From the IMG/VR virus record IMGVR_UViG_3300033149_000928, positions 20,414 to 84,413 of that record: a DNA stretch of 64,000 nucleotides. One strand, 5' to 3'. The position numbers were made by a program, and so were the translations under genes. This document shows, in pieces, positions 37,954-46,118 of the stretch. The stretch's first letter is position 1. Each line of letters opens with the position of its first letter. This DNA is from a virus. The notes below the pieces were generated by a model. That model had not been told where the DNA came from. It was given only the letters and a program-made list of their open reading frames with translations, and ran no database searches.

Positions 37954-38584
37954 ACTTCTTCTCTTTCTCGCCACCCTTCTCTCCCACAATCTCATAACTG
38001 ATCCGACCCTTACCACTATTATGCCACTGTCCAAGGGCATTGCGCTTACCATAGTCAAGCCACTCAATGATGTTTGGCCTTAGTTTCTCGTCATAGGTTT
38101 TAATAGTGAATACCAATATATTACCAGCCGGAACGGTTTCGCTACGTGCTAGCGCAACACGCTCACCCTTTGGACCTTGTATCCTTAGTGGACGTATGCA
38201 GATACCCATAACAGGAGGATTACCATCAGGCCCGATAATCATAATCTTTCTCGGAGCGATGAAAATTAATCCATCAATGATCTTCTTGTAAGCAGTCATT
38301 CCTTTACTCTTCGTACCCTCTACCCTACGCAAAGCACTACAGGCATTCTTGAAGAACCCCTTAATCAGATAATCATAGATGAAAGGCTGACCGTTATCAT
38401 CACGATGGAAAACTGTTGTCTGCTTCTTTACTTCGTCCTCGACTTCGGGTAAGGTTGACACTTCATCTGGATCAACACCCTCAGGACGTTTTGAGGCGAT
38501 GAACTCTTCATAGAGTTCTGGATTCGCACTGGCTGTCCCAAGCATCTCCTCAATCAAGGTCGCTTTGATCTGCATCTCAAACAT
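37952..38584 (-). CDS. Stand-alone RAMP / Cas7-like protein (Vipr-like candidate RNA-guided effector)
   Basis: N-terminal strand ATLIEEMLG, PFIYDYLIKGFFKNAC helix (compare P.I....IKG..R), SETVPAG....FTI, and a C-terminal Gly-rich loop LGQWHNSGKGRI. No other cas genes in the window. Confidence 0.8.
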   Translation of the reverse strand: MFEMQIKATLIEEMLGTASANPELYEEFIASKRPEGVDPDEVSTLPEVEDEVKKQTTVFHRDDNGQPFIYDYLIKGFFKNACSALRRVEGTKSKGMTAYKKIIDGLIFIAPRKIMIIGPDGNPPVMGICIRPLRIQGPKGERVALARSETVPAGNILVFTIKTYDEKLRPNIIEWLDYGKRNALGQWHNSGKGRISYEIVGEKGGEKEKK

Positions 38585-38637
38585 GGTTTCTCCTTCAAAA
38601 GAAACACAAACAAACGGCTACGCCACATATTGATTTA

Positions 38638-38907
38638 CTAAATCAAAATTTCAAACACATGAACTACTAAAGTGCCCTTCATCATTTGGAAAGTACCAAT
38701 ATACTTCTTTATATCTGTATGGTTAACTTCATGTCCAGTACCGTGTAATGCAAAGGTTCTTCTTTCATTTTCCTTTGAGTCATCAACTAAAACCCAAAGA
38801 CAAGGTATACCATTCTGCATTTGAACAGTAAGAATTTTAGAATTCTTTGGCATTAGGATATCTAAAGTGTCATTTGTTTCTAGTGGATATTTCCATATTG
38901 TTTTCAT
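38638..38907 (-). CDS. Conserved phage hypothetical protein
   Basis: MKTIWKYPL...MP...IL.VQ.Q...CLW..V...GTGH...YIGTFQ...VHVFE is a widespread phage family. Confidence 0.75.
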   Translation of the reverse strand: MKTIWKYPLETNDTLDILMPKNSKILTVQMQNGIPCLWVLVDDSKENERRTFALHGTGHEVNHTDIKKYIGTFQMMKGTLVVHVFEILI

Positions 38908-39128
38908 CAGTATCGTCCCTCCCGCGAGTGAGAATGACTATATACAAATTCCTCAAGTTTTCTTACTCTTTCCTCCATTGTTAAAGCATCAATAGCCTCA
39001 AAATATTCATTATGTTTTTCTTTATTGGTCTCTGCCTTACAATTAAAACACATATCACTTCGTGGTCGGACTGAATGATGTGTCTCCTCACACCCTATAC
39101 ATGTCCAGTGTGTTATATATGCCATCAA
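38907..39128 (-). CDS. Hypothetical Zn-finger protein
   Basis: CIGC and CFNC. Confidence 0.6.
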   Translation of the reverse strand: MMAYITHWTCIGCEETHHSVRPRSDMCFNCKAETNKEKHNEYFEAIDALTMEERVRKLEEFVYSHSHSREGRY

Positions 39129-39134
39129 TATCTC

Positions 39135-39320
39135 CTAACCAATTGAGTAACCAATGTAATGTGGCCACGTGAAAAACAGAACAGCATAATGAGCTATTCT
39201 ATGTTTCTCTTTGACTGTATCACACGTAGATTGATTCATACCACAAGCAATTAACCATCCAATGATCCATATGAAGATCATTAGTAGTTGTAGATCACTT
39301 AGCATTATGGTTCCTTTCAC
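39135..39320 (-). CDS. Small membrane protein
   Basis: Two hydrophobic segments and a WP motif. Confidence 0.5.
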   Translation of the reverse strand: MKGTIMLSDLQLLMIFIWIIGWLIACGMNQSTCDTVKEKHRIAHYAVLFFTWPHYIGYSIG

Positions 39321-39544
39321 TTCAAATATACAAACTCCTTAACCTTCCCTTGCCATCTGTATTCAAGAATACCCACACCCTCCATAGCGTTGAGAGAGTC
39401 AAACAGAACACAGACCTCAAGTTTCTCCTCTCCGATCTTCACTAATTCCGCATATAACTCCGTGACAAGACCTACCATCTTCATACCACCGGAATGCTTA
39501 TTCAGTATCTCCTTTATTAATTTCTGGACTTGTTTTGATATCAT
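39317..39544 (-). CDS. Hypothetical protein
   Basis: GGAGG RBS. Confidence 0.55.
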   Translation of the reverse strand: MISKQVQKLIKEILNKHSGGMKMVGLVTELYAELVKIGEEKLEVCVLFDSLNAMEGVGILEYRWQGKVKEFVYLK

Positions 39545-39565
39545 GTAGTGTCCCTCCCTACTGTC

Positions 39566-40528
39566 CTATCGTTCTCTACCCATCCCAGGTATATCCTCTG
39601 GATTCATCGGACCTGTATCCAGGAAATCACACCTTGCCTTATTATCCTCTAGTGATAACCCCGTAAAGAAGTGTCCACTATGACAACGCTCCCAGATTTT
39701 ACAAGCATGATTGAATAGCTCTGTCTGATAACGCTGACTCACGGTACAACGATGCTGTGCTATACCATATACGTTTTGATTACCACAGATAATCTGGTCG
39801 ATGGCTACGATGAAGTCACTCCCCACTTCCTCCCCTAACAACCAACCATAGATTGCCAACTGCCTACCCCAGTCCTTATTCACTAGCTCAAGGGTATGTG
39901 TTAAATTAATTTTGATACCATGTAGGAAACCCTCAAACACATCCTTATGCTGCCGTCTCTTATATGTGAGGGCATCAGCTAGGATATTAAGATAGCCCTT
40001 ACATGGGGAAGGCTTCTTCTTACTAAAGTATCCATTGACCTTCCAATCCAGGATCACTCGACCACCATCCTTGTGCGTGAAGTACAAGTCAGGCTTACCG
40101 AGTAGAGTAGGTGGACCTCCCACTTGATTTGTTAAATCACAGAACTGACTACTAATAGCTCCTTCAAGTTTGAACTCAAACTTAGCATCAGTGCAATCAC
40201 CAAGCATAATCAAGAGATCAGCAGCCGCACCATACTTAACATAGAAGTCGAAAACCTTCTTCCCGATCTTCCATGCTTCATCCCGATGCTGTTCTTCAAC
40301 TTGATCCTCGAAAATTGTTCTACGCTCGAATTGTGGGTCGTCACCCATCTTTAGCTCTTTATACAGATAGCTTTTGATGAAGGCATCGAATGCACTACCA
40401 ACAGCCATAACTAATAGCTGTGGGTCACGTGGGGTTTTCGTATCAGCAAGATACCTTTCATAGAAGTCCTCTTCATTTGTATCGAAACACTTGATACCAC
40501 TTGGCGACAGGTACGGGATAGTTCTCAT
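39566..40528 (-). CDS. PD-(D/E)XK family exonuclease
   Basis: YLSPSGIK, GSAFD, GKPD...ILDWK and QLAIY motifs. Confidence 0.75.
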   Translation of the reverse strand: MRTIPYLSPSGIKCFDTNEEDFYERYLADTKTPRDPQLLVMAVGSAFDAFIKSYLYKELKMGDDPQFERRTIFEDQVEEQHRDEAWKIGKKVFDFYVKYGAAADLLIMLGDCTDAKFEFKLEGAISSQFCDLTNQVGGPPTLLGKPDLYFTHKDGGRVILDWKVNGYFSKKKPSPCKGYLNILADALTYKRRQHKDVFEGFLHGIKINLTHTLELVNKDWGRQLAIYGWLLGEEVGSDFIVAIDQIICGNQNVYGIAQHRCTVSQRYQTELFNHACKIWERCHSGHFFTGLSLEDNKARCDFLDTGPMNPEDIPGMGRER

Positions 40529-40731
40529 TATAGCTCTCCTATAGACCGATTGATCTTTTCCAAAGACGTTTCAATATTATGCAAACTAGTAATTAATTCC
40601 ACCATAAGGATTTGATTTACTAAATCAACAGGTTCAATATCATCAGGTATTCCATCAAGGTCTACCTCTGTTTTATACATCTTTTTTAGTCTGTCCAGAC
40701 TCTTCATCCTTTTCCTCCATAAGTAATTCAA
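40528..40731 (-). CDS. Hypothetical protein
   Basis: ORF track. Confidence 0.5.
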   Translation of the reverse strand: MNYLWRKRMKSLDRLKKMYKTEVDLDGIPDDIEPVDLVNQILMVELITSLHNIETSLEKINRSIGEL

Positions 40732-40999
40732 GTAACTCCATAATAGGGAACGTATAACTCCTTTCCTCCATCATCTTCACTCGATGCTCACGTATTGCTT
40801 CACTGATCCCAGGATACGTAGCCAGTAGCTCGCTCTCGGCTTCCGCCATATGACCACAAGCTAAGTACCAGTGACTAGGATAACCCAGGCGCGATTCGTC
40901 CATCAACACACTGGCCTGTGCTAAATGTTTCAGGCCACAGTTCAAGCAACTTTCCCGCATCGTGATACTCCCCAACTTTAGCTTTGATATGACTCCCAT
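40673..40999 (-). CDS. Hypothetical protein
   Basis: ORF track, start likely at MRES. Confidence 0.55.
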   Translation of the reverse strand: MGVISKLKLGSITMRESCLNCGLKHLAQASVLMDESRLGYPSHWYLACGHMAEAESELLATYPGISEAIREHRVKMMEERSYTFPIMELLELLMEEKDEESGQTKKDV

Positions 41000-41183
41000 C
41001 CTCCAAAGTAACCATCATATAGGCTTCCTCCCCATGTGGAGTAATCCCAAGATCATGGTCACATTCTTCACATCTCACATGATGCGCGATACGTGTAAAC
41101 AAGACCGTATGGTGTGGACTCAAGAATGTATGGTGTAGGAATACTGGTTTCACTATATACTCTCCACCACAGTCACATGCCAT
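40875..41183 (-). CDS. Hypothetical Zn-ribbon protein
   Basis: CDC and CEEC, AAGGAG RBS. Confidence 0.55.
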   Translation of the reverse strand: MACDCGGEYIVKPVFLHHTFLSPHHTVLFTRIAHHVRCEECDHDLGITPHGEEAYMMVTLEDGSHIKAKVGEYHDAGKLLELWPETFSTGQCVDGRIAPGLS

Positions 41184-41204
41184 TATTTGCTCCTTTAGCC
41201 CTAA

Positions 41205-41720
41205 TTATATATTCCCAAGCTCATTACGGATTTGTTCTTTAGCCTCTTTAACTGCTTCTCCAAAGATATTAGACATCATTGCTTTAGCCATACTTGGGGC
41301 TAATTCCTCAAGTTTCCTATTCAGGTAGTCAGAAGTGAATTCCTCTATACCTTTATTAGAACCATCCCACGTTGTATTTGTTTTGAGGTTCGAGTTATTT
41401 AGAACTTTCTCAATCTCACTTTTAAGATACTCTCGAATCGCTTGCCATACCTCTGCACGGAAAGGTGTAACATGAATTTTTAAAGTCTCACGATACTCTT
41501 TAGGGTTATGATAGTTACTACTGCTATAAGAATGTATCTTTGACTCCCATTCCCATTCTTTTGTGTGCTCAAAGAATGCCTTAACCTCTTTATTAATCAT
41601 CTCTTCCCATTGCTCTTGAGGAATAAGCATCCCAAACGTAGATTGTACTGTTTCTGCGATACGAGCTTTTAGTTGTTCAGGATTGAATTGAACCACACTC
41701 TTATCTTCAGCATCAGACAT
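41205..41720 (-). CDS. Hypothetical protein
   Basis: AAGGAG RBS. Confidence 0.65.
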   Translation of the reverse strand: MSDAEDKSVVQFNPEQLKARIAETVQSTFGMLIPQEQWEEMINKEVKAFFEHTKEWEWESKIHSYSSSNYHNPKEYRETLKIHVTPFRAEVWQAIREYLKSEIEKVLNNSNLKTNTTWDGSNKGIEEFTSDYLNRKLEELAPSMAKAMMSNIFGEAVKEAKEQIRNELGNI

Positions 41721-41751
41721 TATTTCTCCTTAAATTGATTTAGTAAATCAA

Positions 41752-42075
41752 TCAACCACTATTAATTGCCCCACCATCAGCCCCAAGGATATTAGGTTTC
41801 TCGAACTCCTTCTGTAACTTCTCCTTCTCAATATCCATATACTTCTGCGCTTTGAGATACGCATTCTCTACATCAGTAGCGTTTGGAATATATACTGTCC
41901 TCCTTGTCTGTGAACCATCGGGAAATGTGATATCCAAGAAAGTAAAGTAATTCCTCATATCTTCATTGTTAATATTCACATGTTCCTCAATAATGGCATT
42001 CATTTTGAGATACCGATTAATACGGTATGTCGGTATAGCTTTCATTTGGTGGTGTTTATCTATGGGTTTATCCAT
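41752..42075 (-). CDS. Hypothetical protein
   Basis: ORF track, coupled. Confidence 0.6.
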   Translation of the reverse strand: MDKPIDKHHQMKAIPTYRINRYLKMNAIIEEHVNINNEDMRNYFTFLDITFPDGSQTRRTVYIPNATDVENAYLKAQKYMDIEKEKLQKEFEKPNILGADGGAINSG

Positions 42076-43058
42076 TACGCCTCCCTAATACCTAAAGCCA
42101 CGAGAATATTCTCCAGTTCCTTGACCTCTTCACTACGCAAATAGGATTTATTCTTTGCTATCCAGTCATTTAGACGCTCCTTTGGACTTTTCATATAATC
42201 ATAAACGAAATCAACCATTGACCTTACAGCCTTGGCCAACCAATCTGGGACGATTCTAAATTTCTTTGACTTAATCTTATCTTGTTCATTAATACCGATA
42301 GGCATAGTATTACCATATCTCGTAGTCCATGCCTTCGCAATTTTCTTATCATTACGAGCGCCATTATAATCAGATACATCAACCTTATCACTTTGAGCGA
42401 TGTCAATGATCTGTTCCCCATCGAGATACTGCCCTGCCACCCACTGGATATCAAAGAGACTTGGTAGACTACGATCTCTTGTTAGTCCAACATCTTTAGG
42501 AGTGAAATTATAACTATATTTGAGCTTCGGGAAACGACAAACATAGAGTCCACCAACATATATCTTGCCACCTTTACCTATTATACCATAAGGTGTGGAG
42601 CTATCTCTTATGCCCTCAATAATTTTGTTCATTATTTCTTTGTACTCATTATATCTTATCTCCAACTCAACCATCACTTGATCCATGTTACAGCGAATAA
42701 CATCAATAGCTAGGACTTCATCCTCATAGATTGTGCTATCAATGATCTTCGGCTCCCATAATTCTGATCCAGTATAAATCCTCACAGCCCTACCCATACG
42801 AGCAAACACCAACATAGCAAACTTAAAGCCCTCACCATATTGGCCGCGCTTATCGCCGCGCTTATTAACATTCTTATCAGTTTTCCCAAGGAGTAACTTG
42901 TCCCGACTGAGGGTGCCGGGATTCATGATACTGAGAGTACCATCCTGGTAACTATGATGGTACTTACCACTATCCATTGCATTCTGGAAGAACTCTCTCG
43001 CACCTTCCCAGATGCCCCAGTGTTTAACATAGTTCTTGTGGATGGGATATTCAAACAT
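42075..43058 (-). CDS. GHKL (HATPase) ATP-binding protein
   Basis: REFFQNAMD (N-box), LLGKTDK...RGQYGEGFK and G.IYVGGLYV. Confidence 0.75.
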   Translation of the reverse strand: MFEYPIHKNYVKHWGIWEGAREFFQNAMDSGKYHHSYQDGTLSIMNPGTLSRDKLLLGKTDKNVNKRGDKRGQYGEGFKFAMLVFARMGRAVRIYTGSELWEPKIIDSTIYEDEVLAIDVIRCNMDQVMVELEIRYNEYKEIMNKIIEGIRDSSTPYGIIGKGGKIYVGGLYVCRFPKLKYSYNFTPKDVGLTRDRSLPSLFDIQWVAGQYLDGEQIIDIAQSDKVDVSDYNGARNDKKIAKAWTTRYGNTMPIGINEQDKIKSKKFRIVPDWLAKAVRSMVDFVYDYMKSPKERLNDWIAKNKSYLRSEEVKELENILVALGIREA

Positions 43059-43102
43059 GATTAATAACCTTTCACTTCCACAAACTGATTTAGTAAATCA
43101 AA

Positions 43103-43402
43103 CTAAAACGGAACCTCAGCAAACAGAAATTCATCTTCCATCCAACCTTCATCCCACCACCAATCGTAAGATACACAAGTATCAAATATACTGATATAAT
43201 CATCTGCATTTTGTTGTTTCCTAGCAATAAGCACATCAATAATGACAGCAGCCTCCCCACGTGTAGCGGGAGGTTCCCTGTCCGGGAGCATCTTCTTTAT
43301 GTACCTAAGTTGCTTACGTGTTGGTGGTAATTGCTTCCACTCTTCACCGATATCCTCTGGTAGTGTTGGTATTGGTGGTAGTTGTAGATGTTCTATATTC
43401 AT
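43103..43402 (-). CDS. Hypothetical protein with PT.KQ..YI..M...T.GEA..IID motif
   Basis: Common small phage domain, GGAGG RBS. Confidence 0.6.
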   Translation of the reverse strand: MNIEHLQLPPIPTLPEDIGEEWKQLPPTRKQLRYIKKMLPDREPPATRGEAAVIIDVLIARKQQNADDYISIFDTCVSYDWWWDEGWMEDEFLFAEVPF

Positions 43403-43548
43403 ATATCCTCCTTCCTCCTTAAAAGTGGCTTCCTACACACCATCGCGCCCTTCTTTGATGCCGCCTCGGTCAGCCAGAATAGACGGTGGGGTTTATTCAA
43501 GTCGGACCCATACCGACCCCACGACCCCGAACTAGGGGAGGTTATTAT

Positions 43549-43637
43549 TGGTACCCAGGGAGGGACTCGAACCCTCACGCAGCTTACGCTGAATTGATTT
43601 TAAGTCAATTGCCTCCTGCCAATTGGGCTACCTGGGC
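43549..43637 (-). tRNA. tRNA-Leu (anticodon TAA)
   Basis: GCCCAGG...CCTGGGT-A-CCA acceptor stem, ATTGA-CT-TAA-AA-TCAAT anticodon arm, long variable arm, GAGGG-TTCGAGT-CCCTC T arm. Confidence 0.95.
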
Positions 43638-43647
43638 TTATTAGACA

Positions 43648-44106
43648 TTATTTTGCTTCCTTAGCCACAACACGGGCCTTAGCTCTAGCTTTCTGTTCCA
43701 TACGAAGATTACCCCATATCTTTATATTCTTAAAATCCATATCTCCTAATTTATCACTCTTCAAAATCATCCTACCCCAATCTCCCTGAATCTTAGTCAT
43801 TTTATCTTTACCGAAATGAAAGATCACAGGGCGCGTAAAACGTACCGGGAACCCACGTTGATAATTCATCTCCTTTGCATACATACGAGTAAGAAGCTCA
43901 CCTTCGAAGATCGTTAGCTCAATATCCTTCATAATACTTGCTTCAAGGATGTCATTAACTTGAGCCGTGGCTTTGACCTTTTTATTTTGATAAGTGACCT
44001 TCTTATTTAGAAAATATAATCTCGCAAAACAGAAAATAAAGAAAAGAAAACCCAGAGTAAGTAGGAAAGTTTTAACTATGGTCTTAGCCCTATCAGTTAT
44101 AGTCAT
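43648..44106 (-). CDS. Membrane-anchored protein, weakly LptC-like
   Basis: N-terminal TM helix, F..P.I....I.GD.G......I.I.GNL pattern. Confidence 0.45.
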   Translation of the reverse strand: MTITDRAKTIVKTFLLTLGFLFFIFCFARLYFLNKKVTYQNKKVKATAQVNDILEASIMKDIELTIFEGELLTRMYAKEMNYQRGFPVRFTRPVIFHFGKDKMTKIQGDWGRMILKSDKLGDMDFKNIKIWGNLRMEQKARAKARVVAKEAK

Positions 44107-44357
44107 GTCTTTATCACCCCCGTACTCGCTTCAATCTCTGCTTGATTTAGTAAATCAGAAATATACTCCATCTTCGCATATGTCTCACAGATTACAGCCG
44201 GAAGGAGTGTTGCTGGACCTTCACAACTCATAACGAGATGTACCATCCCTTCATCAGACTTAGCATAAACTTCTTCATACTCTATATCATATGCGCTGAG
44301 TATCTCCTTGATATCAATACATCCACCACAGAGTTCTCTTGTTATAATTTTAAGCAT
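44103..44357 (-). CDS. Glutaredoxin-like protein
   Basis: CGGC...K..L....IEYEE...LP. Confidence 0.65.
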   Translation of the reverse strand: MLKIITRELCGGCIDIKEILSAYDIEYEEVYAKSDEGMVHLVMSCEGPATLLPAVICETYAKMEYISDLLNQAEIEASTGVIKT

Positions 44358-44491
44358 TATCTGCTCCTGCTTTGTCTGCTACTCCCACATTACCTCCCAA
44401 AATAATACAAGAGGCCACAGTATCCCCATACCTATTAATATTACTATTAACCAAGGTAGTGGAATCTTTAATCTACAATACTTCTTCTCAC

Positions 44492-45313
44492 CTAATCCCC
44501 TTCCGGTTGCAACACCGGCTCCGAAGAGATAGATTGCTGCAAATATAAGCATACCAGTTGACATAATGGTGTGTACCTTTCTTTAGCTGGCGCGCCTATT
44601 TGATTGTAATATGCATACGGCCAGTTCTTTGCTGGCCAAGGACTCGGTGCTCTATTAACAAACGCTACTACGTCCTCTCTATAAGTCGTCCCTCCCATAG
44701 CCGTTTTCGCCTGTACCGGGAATGTAGCATCACATATCTCACCATAGATATACATATAAAACGGATTATCATACGCAAGCCAATACATACTAGAAGGTGG
44801 CTTCTCAGCCATCAATAGATGTGCTAAGAAAACGGAATTAACGTGTTGACGTAGTACTTTGACATGTTTAACGAGATGTCCAAATAGCCAGCCTATCTTA
44901 CAATAAAGCCACGCTTGTCCATGTACATTTGGTACCCATTTCCTATCTATCACCACCCCTTGTTGAATAGCCCAGGATAAGGCTGCTGGACCAGCGAATG
45001 ACTGAGGCTTCCTCTTCACCCACATATCCTTATACTGTTCCCAACCGTCCATAGGTGTATAGCTAAAGTTCCGTGCATCTTTACCACAGGAAATGAGTAT
45101 CTTCACATATTCTGTACACTTGGCTACTAGCTCATGCTCTCTTGCGATATGTGCTGCCCCTAATAACATACTGACATGGAACATCCCGTCGATGTAATTC
45201 GTTGTCTTAAACGGTAATACATGACTATAACAATAACCATCGAACCCTGCTAATACTTGTGTTCTGATTGGTTCTCTGATTGACTTATTAAGCTGTTCTC
45301 TGATTGGCTCCAT
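44492..45313 (-). CDS. Hypothetical protein
   Basis: 273-aa ORF, GGAG RBS. Confidence 0.65.
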   Translation of the reverse strand: MEPIREQLNKSIREPIRTQVLAGFDGYCYSHVLPFKTTNYIDGMFHVSMLLGAAHIAREHELVAKCTEYVKILISCGKDARNFSYTPMDGWEQYKDMWVKRKPQSFAGPAALSWAIQQGVVIDRKWVPNVHGQAWLYCKIGWLFGHLVKHVKVLRQHVNSVFLAHLLMAEKPPSSMYWLAYDNPFYMYIYGEICDATFPVQAKTAMGGTTYREDVVAFVNRAPSPWPAKNWPYAYYNQIGAPAKERYTPLCQLVCLYLQQSISSEPVLQPEGD

Positions 45314-45321
45314 GATACTCC

Positions 45322-45924
45322 CTATCTAGTATGATATAACATCATAGCCTCTGGAAAACGCCCCCACATAGCGGATAACTCTCTATCTCCATACATTGAT
45401 TTGAAGTCTTTATTTTTATTCTCAGTGATATTTACTTTTGGTATTGTCGTTGTTGGTAGTTTAAGGGTCTCCATAACTAAGTTAAAGTCCTCTTGCAGAT
45501 ACTCATAACGCATATACTTATGACCAGCGGCTCTCAGTTGAAAGAATAATTCACTATCGACTTGTAGATATGTATGTTGATATTGATTTATGAAATCAAA
45601 GAACGAGCCATCAGAACCTTTAGGACCACCCTCACTTTGTGACTTATGCCATTGAGGATTGACTATCCACCATGATACGAGTACATCAAGAGGATCACGG
45701 ATCGTTGTGAAGATATATTCATTACCAGTGATATCATAGAGATGGTTATTGGTACTGTTCTTGGTACTGTTCTTGGTACTGTTCTTGAGTTCATGTAACT
45801 GAGCATGGTGTGCCTTAGTGGATATCCCACCAGGACACACCACACTCAGTGCTTCTTCTGTAGCCATAGAAGCAGTCCTTGGATGTGCTAAGTATATGAA
45901 ATGATCTTTCATTATGAAGCTCAT
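45322..45924 (-). CDS. Sulfotransferase family 2-like protein
   Basis: FIYLAHPRTASMA (5'-PSB-like), FTTIRDPLDVLVSW (3'-PB-like) and RYEYLQEDF. Confidence 0.7.
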   Translation of the reverse strand: MSFIMKDHFIYLAHPRTASMATEEALSVVCPGGISTKAHHAQLHELKNSTKNSTKNSTNNHLYDITGNEYIFTTIRDPLDVLVSWWIVNPQWHKSQSEGGPKGSDGSFFDFINQYQHTYLQVDSELFFQLRAAGHKYMRYEYLQEDFNLVMETLKLPTTTIPKVNITENKNKDFKSMYGDRELSAMWGRFPEAMMLYHTR

Positions 45925-46118
45925 ATTTTCTTCCCGAACGGATTATCTTGACACTTCTGGCAACGTCCACTCTCGTTGTATTCTTGAATCGCTTTACTAT
46001 CCCGGAACCCACTAATATTAATCACCCTTCCGCAAAGTGTGCACTTCTTTATACCACAAGCTAATCTCATTCTTTCTGCTTGCGTTATATGAGGCATTAG
46101 TCCTCCCTTTCCCTCCAA
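45921..46118 (-). CDS. Small Zn-finger protein
   Basis: CTLC...FRD...EY..SG.CQKCQD is a common phage family. Confidence 0.6.
   Translation of the reverse strand: MEGKGGLMPHITQAERMRLACGIKKCTLCGRVINISGFRDSKAIQEYNESGRCQKCQDNPFGKKI

Noticed and set aside
37775-38083. 102-aa + strand Thr/Pro-rich ORF
   Set aside because: It is a by-product of the AC-rich strand of the pentamer array, antisense to the RAMP gene and has no RBS.
43440-43548. Possible second tRNA or ncRNA downstream of tRNA-Leu
   Set aside because: Only short hairpins (GTCGG/CCGAC, CCCC/GGGG). I could not build a cloverleaf or T-loop.
45750-45787. 12-bp tandem repeat (KNST x3) in the sulfotransferase-like gene
   Set aside because: In-frame slippage in a probable loop, with no further structure.
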